64,000 bases of DNA from an uncultured bacterium (lineage in GTDB: Bacteria; Patescibacteriota; Patescibacteriia; Patescibacteriales; UBA12465), in the NCBI GenBank assembly GCA_903945435.1, contig CAJAVM010000003.1, positions 1,352-65,351 on the forward strand, read 5' to 3'. Made by a program: the position numbers and the translations under genes. The notes beneath the pieces are model-generated. The model was not told where the DNA came from and searched no databases. It saw nothing but the letters and a program-made list of their open reading frames with translations. Shown piece after piece: positions 9,701 to 17,787 of this stretch (positions are counted from its first letter, which is position 1; the number at the start of each line of letters is the position of its first letter).

Positions 9701-10084
9701 CCACTTGAAGGCCGTTCTGCTATTTCCTTGAAGTATAATGATGGCTTAAAAATGAATTTAGCTCCTGACTTTTATCGTCGTAATTATTATTTTCAAGGAT
9801 ATAATAGTTTTGGTGAGGGAAATAATATTGACTTGCCTTATGATGATAAATGGCATCACCTAGCTTTAACTTATGATTCATATCGTTATATCTTAAAATT
9901 TTATGTTGATGGTCAGGAAAAACAGTCAGCACGATATTTCTGGATAAAAGATGGCGAAGAACCAAATCGTCTTGAAATCAAGAATGAATTAAATGGCATT
10001 GAACTTGATGATTTAGGCCTTTGGGAGGGAACATTAACAGCCACAGAGATTAAAAAAATATATGAAGATAGCCTGATTAAGTAA
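6713..10084 (+). CDS. Large secreted protein: permuted NlpC/P60 (YiiX/YebB-like) domain, low-complexity linker, lamin-tail domain, two LamG/ConA-like domains
   Basis: GHVGIY...IVEA...GYD...WTCVGL (His before Cys); VINKIY...DFIELYNPT (LTD); WHQFTLV/WHHLALTYD...YVDG...LDDL (LamG). Confidence 0.75.
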   Translation: MVIKKYFLIPIILWLVVCFFPQNALALTPGALVYRTSSEGRMYGYSGDNLLEIDNKGILKHIYPGHVGIYIGQENGEDYIVEALAGGIVKTPAKYFVNEALGEKLLGAKLPKNANNIEIAKAIKIAKSLVGTKLGYDFDFKKQKGPDDGDWTCVGLTEKIYESAGISNPNNLGALEYNSDYYAVDITPDGFDNTSLANSDGDCFSKTLEFSKIERRTDLQLPLPEIVGFNAGVEYQGDRYIFLPYTQFLQSTLKSEKTDIVLGSNFNDKDVRGKTPVASLILRWSLINNPISSLKTIAQATIAPLISLKDKIFGIKKGTEVVLENNIIKDESQFIESEKDIAVDQPRLPKIEINQTDITTQDDPAIKALAAVAEEDVKDEERGVTMDSESAVIIASASTVKSSVMPSLVNNKNNTPTKTAIAINNNVNNTNTNQTSSAVKASVSKLVSSVSSPAVANLTKSVPQLIAATSKISAGVKPAGNQSVATTTSQSANSSSFNTPLAVINKIYSTENNDFIELYNPTNYDFDLAEAGFRLEKAKTAVDPSLVMRIGNVSDGIYPGGTIIKARGYYLIVRDDANSYYKNKADAIAIRNDFSWTDSGYIIYLGKGALSSSSDEDIIDAVGFGESTYFQGAGSAPKIEDNYILDRIKSSGNNSTDFNLIVSDDPGIVWDESVTNENNTNTNSNGNTNNNTQANDNEADSQSANPDLFVAPTPINSSGISDLWHFDECYGVYNYAVGRFGCSIDVGYINPNFSKQLSSNIDLNKFSVSFYYRSPKLNYALSRLTLKLRNDSGQELKIMLDEAMLEVEGLPNSVSRYYDANIYPDNLWHQFTLVIDQGAGYWAIYFDGQEKYKNNFIQTLANNFSSLEISGDVGPASLDELVFWNRSLSKSEIITNFQSLAPFAPVFARESQKIAELKYFWNFNEGHELVNEGGGLKAVDKLQGVNLILPENSWVWRGLANTAISNRWDNKIGVDLPTPLDSKDLSLSFWWRSKLPPLEGRSAISLKYNDGLKMNLAPDFYRRNYYFQGYNSFGEGNNIDLPYDDKWHHLALTYDSYRYILKFYVDGQEKQSARYFWIKDGEEPNRLEIKNELNGIELDDLGLWEGTLTATEIKKIYEDSLIK

Positions 10085-10097
10085 ATTTAGCTAAGAC

Positions 10098-10126
10098 TTG
10101 CCTTTTTTAGGCTTTTATTGTACGAT
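10098..10126 (+). promoter_or_regulatory. Promoter of rnpB
   Basis: TTGCCT-N17-TACGAT ending 6 nt before the RNA 5' end. Confidence 0.6.
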
Positions 10127-10132
10127 TTAAGG

Positions 10133-10526
10133 GTTATCAGGGTGAGCGGGCAATTACTCTTTCTAAGTTTAGGCTTAAAAGGGGAGGAAAGTCCGGACTT
10201 CACTAAAAATGGTAGTGGGTAACGCCCACCGGGCCGTTTCGGTTAAAGTCGTGCGGTCAAGGGACAGTGCCACAGAGACAATACTAATCCTGGATTTTAT
10301 AACAGGAAAAAAGGTGAAAAGAAGCTGGGTGTTTCGCAAGGAGCTACCGGTTTCGCTCCTCAGCAATGAGGATAGCGTGGTAAACCCTACCAGAAGCAAG
10401 AGCAAACTTTCTTTTAACTCTCGGGTTATGAGAAATGACAAGTGGCTCGCATGAGCTTATTAGTAATAATAAGCCTAGATAAATGATTGCCTAGAACAGA
10501 ATCCGGCTTATAGCTGCTCTGATAAC
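10133..10526 (+). ncRNA. rnpB: RNase P RNA (bacterial type A)
   Basis: Conserved GAGGAAAGTCCGG, AGTGCCACAGA, GGTAAACCC and AGAACAGAATCCGGCTTA; terminal helix GTTATCAG/CTGATAAC. Confidence 0.95.
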
Positions 10527-10549
10527 AAACGTTTACAATAAATTTATAT

Positions 10550-11965
10550 ATGAAAAAAACTGAATTATTTTTTTCGACACTGTTTATTCCAGTTGATTTT
10601 GCGATGATAATTGCCGCCGGCATTTCGGCTTATTATCTTCGTTTTTCTGATTGGAGTGTTAGCATCAGGCCGGTTATTTTTAATTTGCCTTTTGCCGGTT
10701 ATATAAGGTCCTTGCTTTTGATTGCTGTCCTATGGATGATTATTTTTGCTTTATCTGGACTTTATCAGATTAAAAGTGCCCGGAAACTTGCTCAAGAATT
10801 AAGAAGAGTTTTTTTAGCTTGTTCAACTGGTTTAGCAGTTGTTGCAATTTTAATATTTTTTCAAAGAGATTTATTTGATTCTCGTTTTATCGTTCTAGTA
10901 GGTTTTGTTTTTACTATTATCTATGTAAGTTTCGCTCATCTTTTTATTCGTTGGTTACAAAGAAGACTATTTTTCTATGGTATCGGCGTTCACAAAGTGA
11001 TTTTAGTTGGAAATTCTAAAACAACAGATAATTTAATTGCTGAATTTTCTAGTAATAAAGCGGCTGGTTATGAGGTAGCTAAAAGAGTGAGAGATTTTTC
11101 TCTAGAAACTGCTCAAGAGGTTTTAGAATTTATTAAAGATAGGGAAGTTGATGAAATAATTCAAAGTGACCCGAATATGAGTAAGGCAGAGAATTTAAGA
11201 CTTTATGATTTTGCTAATGATAATCATATAACTTATAGATATGTTGCCGATTTACTTGAAGTGAAAGTTTTGCGTACTGAAGTTGCGGAAATTATTGGCA
11301 TTCCGATTGTTGAAGTAAAAAGAACAACTCTCGACGGCTGGGGTAAGATTTTTAAAAGATTTTTTGATATTGTTGTTTCTGGATTGTTAATTATTATTCT
11401 TTCTCCGATTATTGGATTGGCCGCTTTAATTATTAAAATTGATTCTCGTGGTCCGATTTTCTTTTCTCGTCGTGATGATGGTTCATATTTATATCGTGTT
11501 GGTCAGGGTGGAAAACCATTTAAATATTTTAAATTTCGTTCCATGATTCCGAACTCTGATAGTATGCGCTATAAAGAGTTGGCTGATCGCAATGTTAGAG
11601 CTGATGGACCAATGGTAAAAATTAAAGATGACCCTCGAGTTACTAGAATTGGAAAATTTATCAGACGCTATTCTATTGATGAGTTGCCGGAATTATTTTT
11701 GGTTTTTATTGGTCGCATGAGCCTAGTTGGTCCTCGTCCACACTTACCGGAAGAAGTAGCGAAATATGAAAATTATCATCGTAAGACTTTAACTATTAAA
11801 CCTGGTATTACGGGTTTAGCCCAAGTTTCTGGTCGTAGTGATTTATTGTTTGAAGAAGAGGCAAAACTTGATATTTATTATATTGAAAATTGGTCTCTAT
11901 TGTTAGATCTTTCTATTTTGTTTAAGACGCCACTAGCCGTCTTTCAGCATAGAGAAACTGAATAA
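10550..11965 (+). CDS. Polyprenyl-phosphate sugar-1-phosphate transferase (WbaP/WcaJ family)
   Basis: KRFFDI, FKFRSM, DDPRVT, SIDELP, MSLVGPRP and KPGITGLAQV motifs plus N-terminal TMs. Confidence 0.93.
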   Translation: MKKTELFFSTLFIPVDFAMIIAAGISAYYLRFSDWSVSIRPVIFNLPFAGYIRSLLLIAVLWMIIFALSGLYQIKSARKLAQELRRVFLACSTGLAVVAILIFFQRDLFDSRFIVLVGFVFTIIYVSFAHLFIRWLQRRLFFYGIGVHKVILVGNSKTTDNLIAEFSSNKAAGYEVAKRVRDFSLETAQEVLEFIKDREVDEIIQSDPNMSKAENLRLYDFANDNHITYRYVADLLEVKVLRTEVAEIIGIPIVEVKRTTLDGWGKIFKRFFDIVVSGLLIIILSPIIGLAALIIKIDSRGPIFFSRRDDGSYLYRVGQGGKPFKYFKFRSMIPNSDSMRYKELADRNVRADGPMVKIKDDPRVTRIGKFIRRYSIDELPELFLVFIGRMSLVGPRPHLPEEVAKYENYHRKTLTIKPGITGLAQVSGRSDLLFEEEAKLDIYYIENWSLLLDLSILFKTPLAVFQHRETE

Positions 11966-11968
11966 CTT

Positions 11969-13084
11969 ATGAAAGTAGCTTTAATACACGACCATCTTGC
12001 TCAAGATGGTGGAGCAGAAAAAGTTTTGAAGGTTTTAGCTGATATGTTTCCGGAGGCTCCTATTTATACTTTGCTGTATGAAAAAAAACAGGTTGATAAA
12101 TATTTTAAGAATAGACGAATCGAAACTTCAATTATTCAAAAGCTCCCTTGGGGTGTTAAACATTATCAATGGTATTTATTTTTTATGCCGATTGCGGTTG
12201 AGTTTTTTGATTTAAGCGGCTACGACCTCGTTATTTCCGATACAAGCTCTTTTGCTAAGGGTGTAATTACTTCGACTAATACTTTACATATTTGTTATTG
12301 TCATACTCCAACCAGATATCTTTGGAGTGATACTCATCAATATATAAATGAACTCAAGTATAATAAATGGCTAAAGAAAATAATTTCACTTGTTTTAAAT
12401 CGTATTAGAATGTGGGATAGAATGGCGGCTGATAGAGTTGATGTATTTATTGCTAATTCTAAAACTGTTCAAAAAAGGATTACTAAATATTATCGTCGCG
12501 ATTCCGAACTTATTTATCCTCCTGTAGAAACAGAAAAATTTAGTCTTGTTGATTTAAGCACTCAAAAGCCAGAAGATAAATATTTTTTAATTGGCTGTCG
12601 TTTAGCTCCATATAAAAGAGTTGATATTGTAATCGAGGCTTTCAAGAAATTAGGAACAGACTATAAATTAAAAATTTTTGGAGATGGAGTTGATTTGGAA
12701 AGATTAAAAAAGATTGTTGGCGATTCTACTAATATCGAATTTTTAGGAAGAGTAAGTGAGGCTGAAAAACCTGGTCTTTTTGCTAATGCTCAAGCCTTCA
12801 TTAATCCTCAAGAAGAAGATTTTGGTATTACTGTCGTTGAATCTATGGCCGCTGGTCGGCCTGTAATTGCCTACCAGAGAGGCGGTGCGACCGAAACGGT
12901 AGTAGAGGGGAAGACTGGCTTATTTTTCAAGGAACAGACGGCAGGAGCTTTAATGGAAGTAATCAAGAATTTTAAATCTAGTGATTTTAATTCACAAGAA
13001 ATAAGAGCTTGGGCAGAAAAATTTTCGGTAGCTAATTTCCAAAAACAAATTAGAGATTTTATTTCAACACATAAAAAAGTTTAA
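11969..13084 (+). CDS. Glycosyltransferase family 4 (WbaZ-like)
   Basis: GGAEKV, YCHTPTRY and EDFGITVVESMAAGRPV motifs. Confidence 0.92.
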   Translation: MKVALIHDHLAQDGGAEKVLKVLADMFPEAPIYTLLYEKKQVDKYFKNRRIETSIIQKLPWGVKHYQWYLFFMPIAVEFFDLSGYDLVISDTSSFAKGVITSTNTLHICYCHTPTRYLWSDTHQYINELKYNKWLKKIISLVLNRIRMWDRMAADRVDVFIANSKTVQKRITKYYRRDSELIYPPVETEKFSLVDLSTQKPEDKYFLIGCRLAPYKRVDIVIEAFKKLGTDYKLKIFGDGVDLERLKKIVGDSTNIEFLGRVSEAEKPGLFANAQAFINPQEEDFGITVVESMAAGRPVIAYQRGGATETVVEGKTGLFFKEQTAGALMEVIKNFKSSDFNSQEIRAWAEKFSVANFQKQIRDFISTHKKV

Positions 13085-13102
13085 GTGTGGTAGATATAAA
13101 AT

Positions 13103-14257
13103 ATGAAAATAGGAGTTGATATCAGAGTTTTAATGGATAAGAATTATAGCGGCATATCAGAATATACCGCTAATTTATTATCTGAAATTTTAAAACAAGA
13201 TCAGGCTAATGAGTATAAGCTTTTTTATAATTCTTCTAAGGGTCATGAGGCCCGTTTAGATTATTGGGCAAAAAATAATAGTAAATTATTTGCAACTAAA
13301 TATCCTAATAAGATTTTTAACTATTTTTTGCAAAGAGTTTGTACGCGTCCCCGACTTGATAATATTGTCGGCGGAACAGATGTATTTTTTGCACCTCATT
13401 TTAATTTTCTTAATGTTACTAAAAACACTAAATTAGTAGTTACAGTTCATGATTTATCATTTTTACGTTATCCGGAATTTTTTAGTAAACGTAAAAATTT
13501 TTGGCATAAAGCCTTAGGAATCAAAAAACTTTTAAACCGCGCAGATTTTATAGTTGCTGTATCGGAAAATACAAAGCATGATTTAATGGAACTTTTAAAT
13601 ATTCCAAAAGAAAAAATTAGAGTTATCTATTCTGGAAATAATTGTCATGCCTCGGTAATCACTCAAGAAACAATTACCGCTTTCTTAAATAAACAAAATT
13701 TAAAAAATGGCTTTATCTTATCCGTTGGTAATATTGAGCCCCGAAAAAATATTAGTGGTTTAATAATAGCCTATAATCAGTTAAGGGATAAGAGCCCTGA
13801 AATTAAGCATCAGCTTGTTTTGGCGGGAGCAAAGGGCTGGAAACATAAAAAAATATTTGCTGATTGGAATAAATCTCCTTATAAAGAAGATATTAAATTT
13901 TTAGGTTATATTGATAATCAGCAAAAAGAAATGTTATATTCAAGCGCCTCGGTTTTTGTTTATCCTTCTTTCTACGAAGGTTTTGGTTTTCCACCACTTG
14001 AGGCGATGGAATTCGGACTACCAGTTGTTTCTTCTAATGTTTCTAGTTTGCCGGAGGTTTTAGGCGGCGCAGCCTTATTAATTAATCCATTTAAATCAGC
14101 AGAAATTGCTGAGGCGATAGAAATAGTTATTACACAGCCTAATGTGCGTAATGAATTAATAGAAAAAGGAAAACAAAGGGCTGAGCTATTTACTTGGGAA
14201 AAGGCTAGCCAGGAATATTTAAAATTATTTAGTGAATTAAATGAAAAAAATAATTAA
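13103..14257 (+). CDS. Glycosyltransferase family 4
   Basis: TVHDL, EPRKN and PSFYEGFGFPPLEAM motifs. Confidence 0.92.
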   Translation: MKIGVDIRVLMDKNYSGISEYTANLLSEILKQDQANEYKLFYNSSKGHEARLDYWAKNNSKLFATKYPNKIFNYFLQRVCTRPRLDNIVGGTDVFFAPHFNFLNVTKNTKLVVTVHDLSFLRYPEFFSKRKNFWHKALGIKKLLNRADFIVAVSENTKHDLMELLNIPKEKIRVIYSGNNCHASVITQETITAFLNKQNLKNGFILSVGNIEPRKNISGLIIAYNQLRDKSPEIKHQLVLAGAKGWKHKKIFADWNKSPYKEDIKFLGYIDNQQKEMLYSSASVFVYPSFYEGFGFPPLEAMEFGLPVVSSNVSSLPEVLGGAALLINPFKSAEIAEAIEIVITQPNVRNELIEKGKQRAELFTWEKASQEYLKLFSELNEKNN

Positions 14258-15359
14258 ACCTCAAAATATAAAATCTAAAGTATTAAAAAAGCGACCTAAA
14301 GTTTTAGTGGCTATGTCTGGTGGAGTCGATTCTTCAGTTGCTGCCCAGCTTTTAAAAAATCAGGGCTATGAAGTTGCTGGAATCTTTTTACATTTTTGGA
14401 AAGATGAATCTGTTGGCGAAAAAGCAGAAAATCGTTGTTGTTCTCTAGAGTCAATGATGGATGCAAAAAAAGTAGCCGCTAAAGTTGGAATTCCGCTTTA
14501 CACTTTTGATTTCTCCGCTCCTTTTAAAAAGGCAGTTGTAGATAATTTTTTAAGTGAATATGCAGCCGGAAGAACACCTAATCCTTGTGTAGTTTGCAAT
14601 AAGCAAATTAAAATTGGACGTTTAATTAAATATGCTTTGCGTCTCGGTTATGATTATGTTGCGACCGGTCATTATTTAAAAATTCAAAAAGTTGGTCGTA
14701 GTTATCAGCTCGCCAAAGCAAAAGATAAATTAAAAGATCAATCATATTTTCTCTATACCTTTTCTCAGGAAGAATTATCTCATTTATTATTTCCCCTTGG
14801 TGGATACGTAAAGCCACAAGTAAGAAAACTAGCGGCTAAATATAACTTACAGGTTGAGTCCAAGGCAGAAAGCCAAGATATTTGTTTTTTAAACGGACCA
14901 CATAATAATTTCTTAAAAAAATATTTAACGCTTACTCCTGGACCGATTAAATTATTGGAAACAAAAGAAGAAATTGGTACTCATCAGGGGCTACCGCTTT
15001 ATACTATTGGCCAAAGAAGAGGAATAGAAATTGGTGGAACTGGACCGTATTATGCGGCGCGCTTAGATTATAAAAATAATATTTTATATGTTGTTAAGGA
15101 ATGGAATGGCGAGGTTTTATATAAAGATAATTTAATTGCTAAAAAAGTTAATTGGTTAAGTGGTAGCAATCCTAAAAAACCTTTTAAATGTGAAGCGGTA
15201 ATTCGTTACGGGCATAAAGCAGTTAAATGTTTAGTTTCTATTAAGAATGAACGCGAATATTTTGTTGAATTTAATAAACCCCAAAGAGCTATCACATCCG
15301 GTCAAAGCGTTGTTTTCTATGATAAAGAAAGGGTGCTGGGCGGCGGGATAATAAAGTGA
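14241..15359 (+). CDS. mnmA: tRNA 2-thiouridylase MnmA
   Basis: AMSGGVDSSV, TPNPCVVCN, ATGHY, KDQSYFL, ESQDICF and YTIGQRRG. Confidence 0.97.
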   Translation: MKKIIKPQNIKSKVLKKRPKVLVAMSGGVDSSVAAQLLKNQGYEVAGIFLHFWKDESVGEKAENRCCSLESMMDAKKVAAKVGIPLYTFDFSAPFKKAVVDNFLSEYAAGRTPNPCVVCNKQIKIGRLIKYALRLGYDYVATGHYLKIQKVGRSYQLAKAKDKLKDQSYFLYTFSQEELSHLLFPLGGYVKPQVRKLAAKYNLQVESKAESQDICFLNGPHNNFLKKYLTLTPGPIKLLETKEEIGTHQGLPLYTIGQRRGIEIGGTGPYYAARLDYKNNILYVVKEWNGEVLYKDNLIAKKVNWLSGSNPKKPFKCEAVIRYGHKAVKCLVSIKNEREYFVEFNKPQRAITSGQSVVFYDKERVLGGGIIK

Positions 15360-15398
15360 TATAATTCTTTTCATAATTAAAATTAACTCTCAATAATT

Positions 15399-15752
15399 AT
15401 GGCTCAAGAATTACCCGCAGTTTTTAAACGTATCCAAGATAAGAAAAAGGAACAACGCGAACTAAAATCTATGTTCCGTGATGCCCTTACTAATAATGGT
15501 GAATATCAAAAGGTAGTTCAAGAGCTTGATGACTTAAAAATTAAAAAGAAACAAATTGAGTCTTCAGTTAAATCTGATTTTAAGGCAGAATTTGATAAAC
15601 TAGAAGGCATTAAATTGAATATTGCTGGCGATAATCAACTTTTAAGTGATTTAGCTTTAACTCAATTTGTAAGCGGTGAGCTAGTTAGATTAGTTGATGA
15701 AAATAAAGTTGAATACGAGCCAGTCTTTACAGTTAAGTTTAAAAAGGCTTAA
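15399..15752 (+). CDS. Conserved-looking coiled-coil hypothetical protein
   Basis: Clean ORF with host-like codon usage, followed by a terminator. Confidence 0.65.
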   Translation: MAQELPAVFKRIQDKKKEQRELKSMFRDALTNNGEYQKVVQELDDLKIKKKQIESSVKSDFKAEFDKLEGIKLNIAGDNQLLSDLALTQFVSGELVRLVDENKVEYEPVFTVKFKKA

Positions 15753-15776
15753 TAATAACAATGTGAATTTGAAATA

Positions 15777-15804
15777 AAAAAAAGACCCAAATTGGGTCTT
15801 TTTT
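15777..15804. terminator. Bidirectional terminator between CDS 15399 and tRNA-Leu
   Basis: AAAAAAGACCC-AAATT-GGGTCTTTTTT. Confidence 0.75.
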
Positions 15805-15805
15805 G

Positions 15806-15889
15806 TGCCGCGAGAGGGAATCGAACCCTCATGAAGTCGCCCCCACACGAGTTTGAGTCGTGCGCGTCTACCAATTCCGCCACCGCGGC
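15806..15889 (-). tRNA. tRNA-Leu(CAA), CCA not encoded
   Basis: Reverse complement GCCGCGGTGGCGGAATTGGTAGACGCGCACGACTCAAACTCGTG...GGTTCGATTCCCTCTCGCGGCA; long variable arm, anticodon CAA. Confidence 0.95.
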
Positions 15890-16009
15890 CTATGCATTAA
15901 ATTTACTTGCGACTCTTATATATTACGAATTTTAGTATAATAAATATCCTTTTAATTGTCAAAAGGAAAGCTTTAATATATAATTGTCGTATATAAATTC
16001 ATTTAACTT

Positions 16010-16774
16010 ATGGGTAAAGTAATTGCGGTCGTAAATCAGAAAGGTGGAGTTGGTAAAACAACAACCGCCGTTAATTTAAGCGCTTATTTAGCCCATTTGG
16101 GCAAACAAGTGCTTCTTGTTGATGTTGACCCTCAAGCAAATGCTACTTCAGGTTTAGGAATAGACCATCGTAATTTAGAATTTGGAATTTATGAAGCTTT
16201 AGTGGGCGATAAACCCTTTCATCAGATTATTAAACGAACTATGCAGTCTGGTTTTAAAATTGCTCCTGCAACCTTGGCTTTAGCTGGCGCGGGAATCGAT
16301 TTGGTTAGTATGGAAAATCGCGAGTTTCGTTTAGCTCATATTTTAGAAGAAGCTAAAAAAGAATATGACTTTATTATAATTGATGGGCCACCTTCTTTAG
16401 GACTTTTAACTGTTAATAGTTTAGTTGCCGCTGATGAAGTTTTAATACCAATTCAGAGCGAATATTTTGCTCTTGAGGGGTTAAGTCAGCTATTAGAAAC
16501 AATTAGTTTAGTTCAGAATAATTTAAAGCCAGAATTAGGAATCATGGGCGCGGTAATTACCATGTTTGATAGGCGTAATAAATTATCAGAGTCTGTGATG
16601 GAAGAATTATATAAGTATTTTCCTAATCGTATTTTTCGTTCAGTTATTCCACGTAGTGTGCGTTTAGCGGAGGCACCAAGCTACGGCCGTACTATTTTAC
16701 AATACGATCCAAAATCAAAAGGCGGTAAAGCTTATGAAGGGTTAGCAAGAGAAATTTTAAGTTTTGAAAAATAA
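16010..16774 (+). CDS. parA: Chromosome partitioning ATPase ParA/Soj
   Basis: NQKGGVGKTTT, DPQANAT and LAEAPSYG. Confidence 0.96.
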   Translation: MGKVIAVVNQKGGVGKTTTAVNLSAYLAHLGKQVLLVDVDPQANATSGLGIDHRNLEFGIYEALVGDKPFHQIIKRTMQSGFKIAPATLALAGAGIDLVSMENREFRLAHILEEAKKEYDFIIIDGPPSLGLLTVNSLVAADEVLIPIQSEYFALEGLSQLLETISLVQNNLKPELGIMGAVITMFDRRNKLSESVMEELYKYFPNRIFRSVIPRSVRLAEAPSYGRTILQYDPKSKGGKAYEGLAREILSFEK

Positions 16775-16799
16775 TAATCATTAGTTTAACTTTTACTAT

Positions 16800-17693
16800 A
16801 TGGCACAAGGACTAGGCCGAGGACTCGGCTCTCTTATTCCTAAAAAAACCATGACTTATGGTCAGAACCCTTTTCAGCAAGATAACGGAATCAATGGAAT
16901 TAATGAAGAGGCTATTGTTTTACATGATAATGAGAGAATATTGAAAGTAAGCCCCGAAAAAATAGATTTTAATCCACTTCAACCAAGAACATTTTTTGCA
17001 GATGGAGCTTTAAATGATTTAGCGGAGTCTATTAAAGAACACGGAATCATTTCTCCATTAATTGCTACACGAAAAGGTGAGCGATTCGAACTTATTGCCG
17101 GCGAAAGAAGACTTAGAAGTGCAAAATTATTAGGGCTTAAGGAGGTTCCAGTAATTATTCGTGAAGAAAATGAACAAAAAAAACTAGAAGTTGCTTTAAT
17201 TGAAAATTTACAACGTGAAGATTTAAATTCTATTGAAACAGCCCGTGCTTATAAAAGATTAATCGATGAGTTCAATATTACCCAAGAAGAAGCGGCTAAA
17301 AGAGTTGGGAAGGCTCGTTCTAGCATTGCTAATGCCTTACGTCTACTATCACTTCCTCAAGAGGCTCAAAATGCTTTAGCTTCCGGAAAAATAACTGAGG
17401 CGCATGCAAAATATATTTTGGGTTTAGAAGGCGAAGAAAAACAGCTCAACATGTTAAAGAAAATATTGCGTCATGATTTAACGGTTGCGGAAACTGATAA
17501 GGAAATCAAGCGTTTAGGCGGAACTAAATCTGCTAAACAAAAAGATTATTTTGATAGAGCGAAAGAGGATGAACTAAGTGAAATATTAAGTACTAAAGTT
17601 GAAATAAAAAGACAAGGAAAGGGCGGTAAAATTATGGTTGATTTTTATAGTGAAGAAGAGTTAAATGAAATATTAACAAAAATTAAAAAATAA
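16800..17693 (+). CDS. parB: Chromosome partitioning protein ParB/Spo0J
   Basis: GLGRGL, IAGERR, ENLQREDL and an HTH. Confidence 0.96.
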   Translation: MAQGLGRGLGSLIPKKTMTYGQNPFQQDNGINGINEEAIVLHDNERILKVSPEKIDFNPLQPRTFFADGALNDLAESIKEHGIISPLIATRKGERFELIAGERRLRSAKLLGLKEVPVIIREENEQKKLEVALIENLQREDLNSIETARAYKRLIDEFNITQEEAAKRVGKARSSIANALRLLSLPQEAQNALASGKITEAHAKYILGLEGEEKQLNMLKKILRHDLTVAETDKEIKRLGGTKSAKQKDYFDRAKEDELSEILSTKVEIKRQGKGGKIMVDFYSEEELNEILTKIKK

Positions 17694-17787
17694 CGATTTT
17701 TTATAGTATAATATTTAATTAAAAGGGGGCTTTTTTTAGGCTTCTTTTTAATTTGCTATTCTTAAAATCGTATATTAAAATAGAGCT

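Noticed and set aside
10175-10623. ORFs 10175..10441, 10209..10454 and 10426..10623
   Set aside because: They overlap the RNase P RNA gene and are spurious translations
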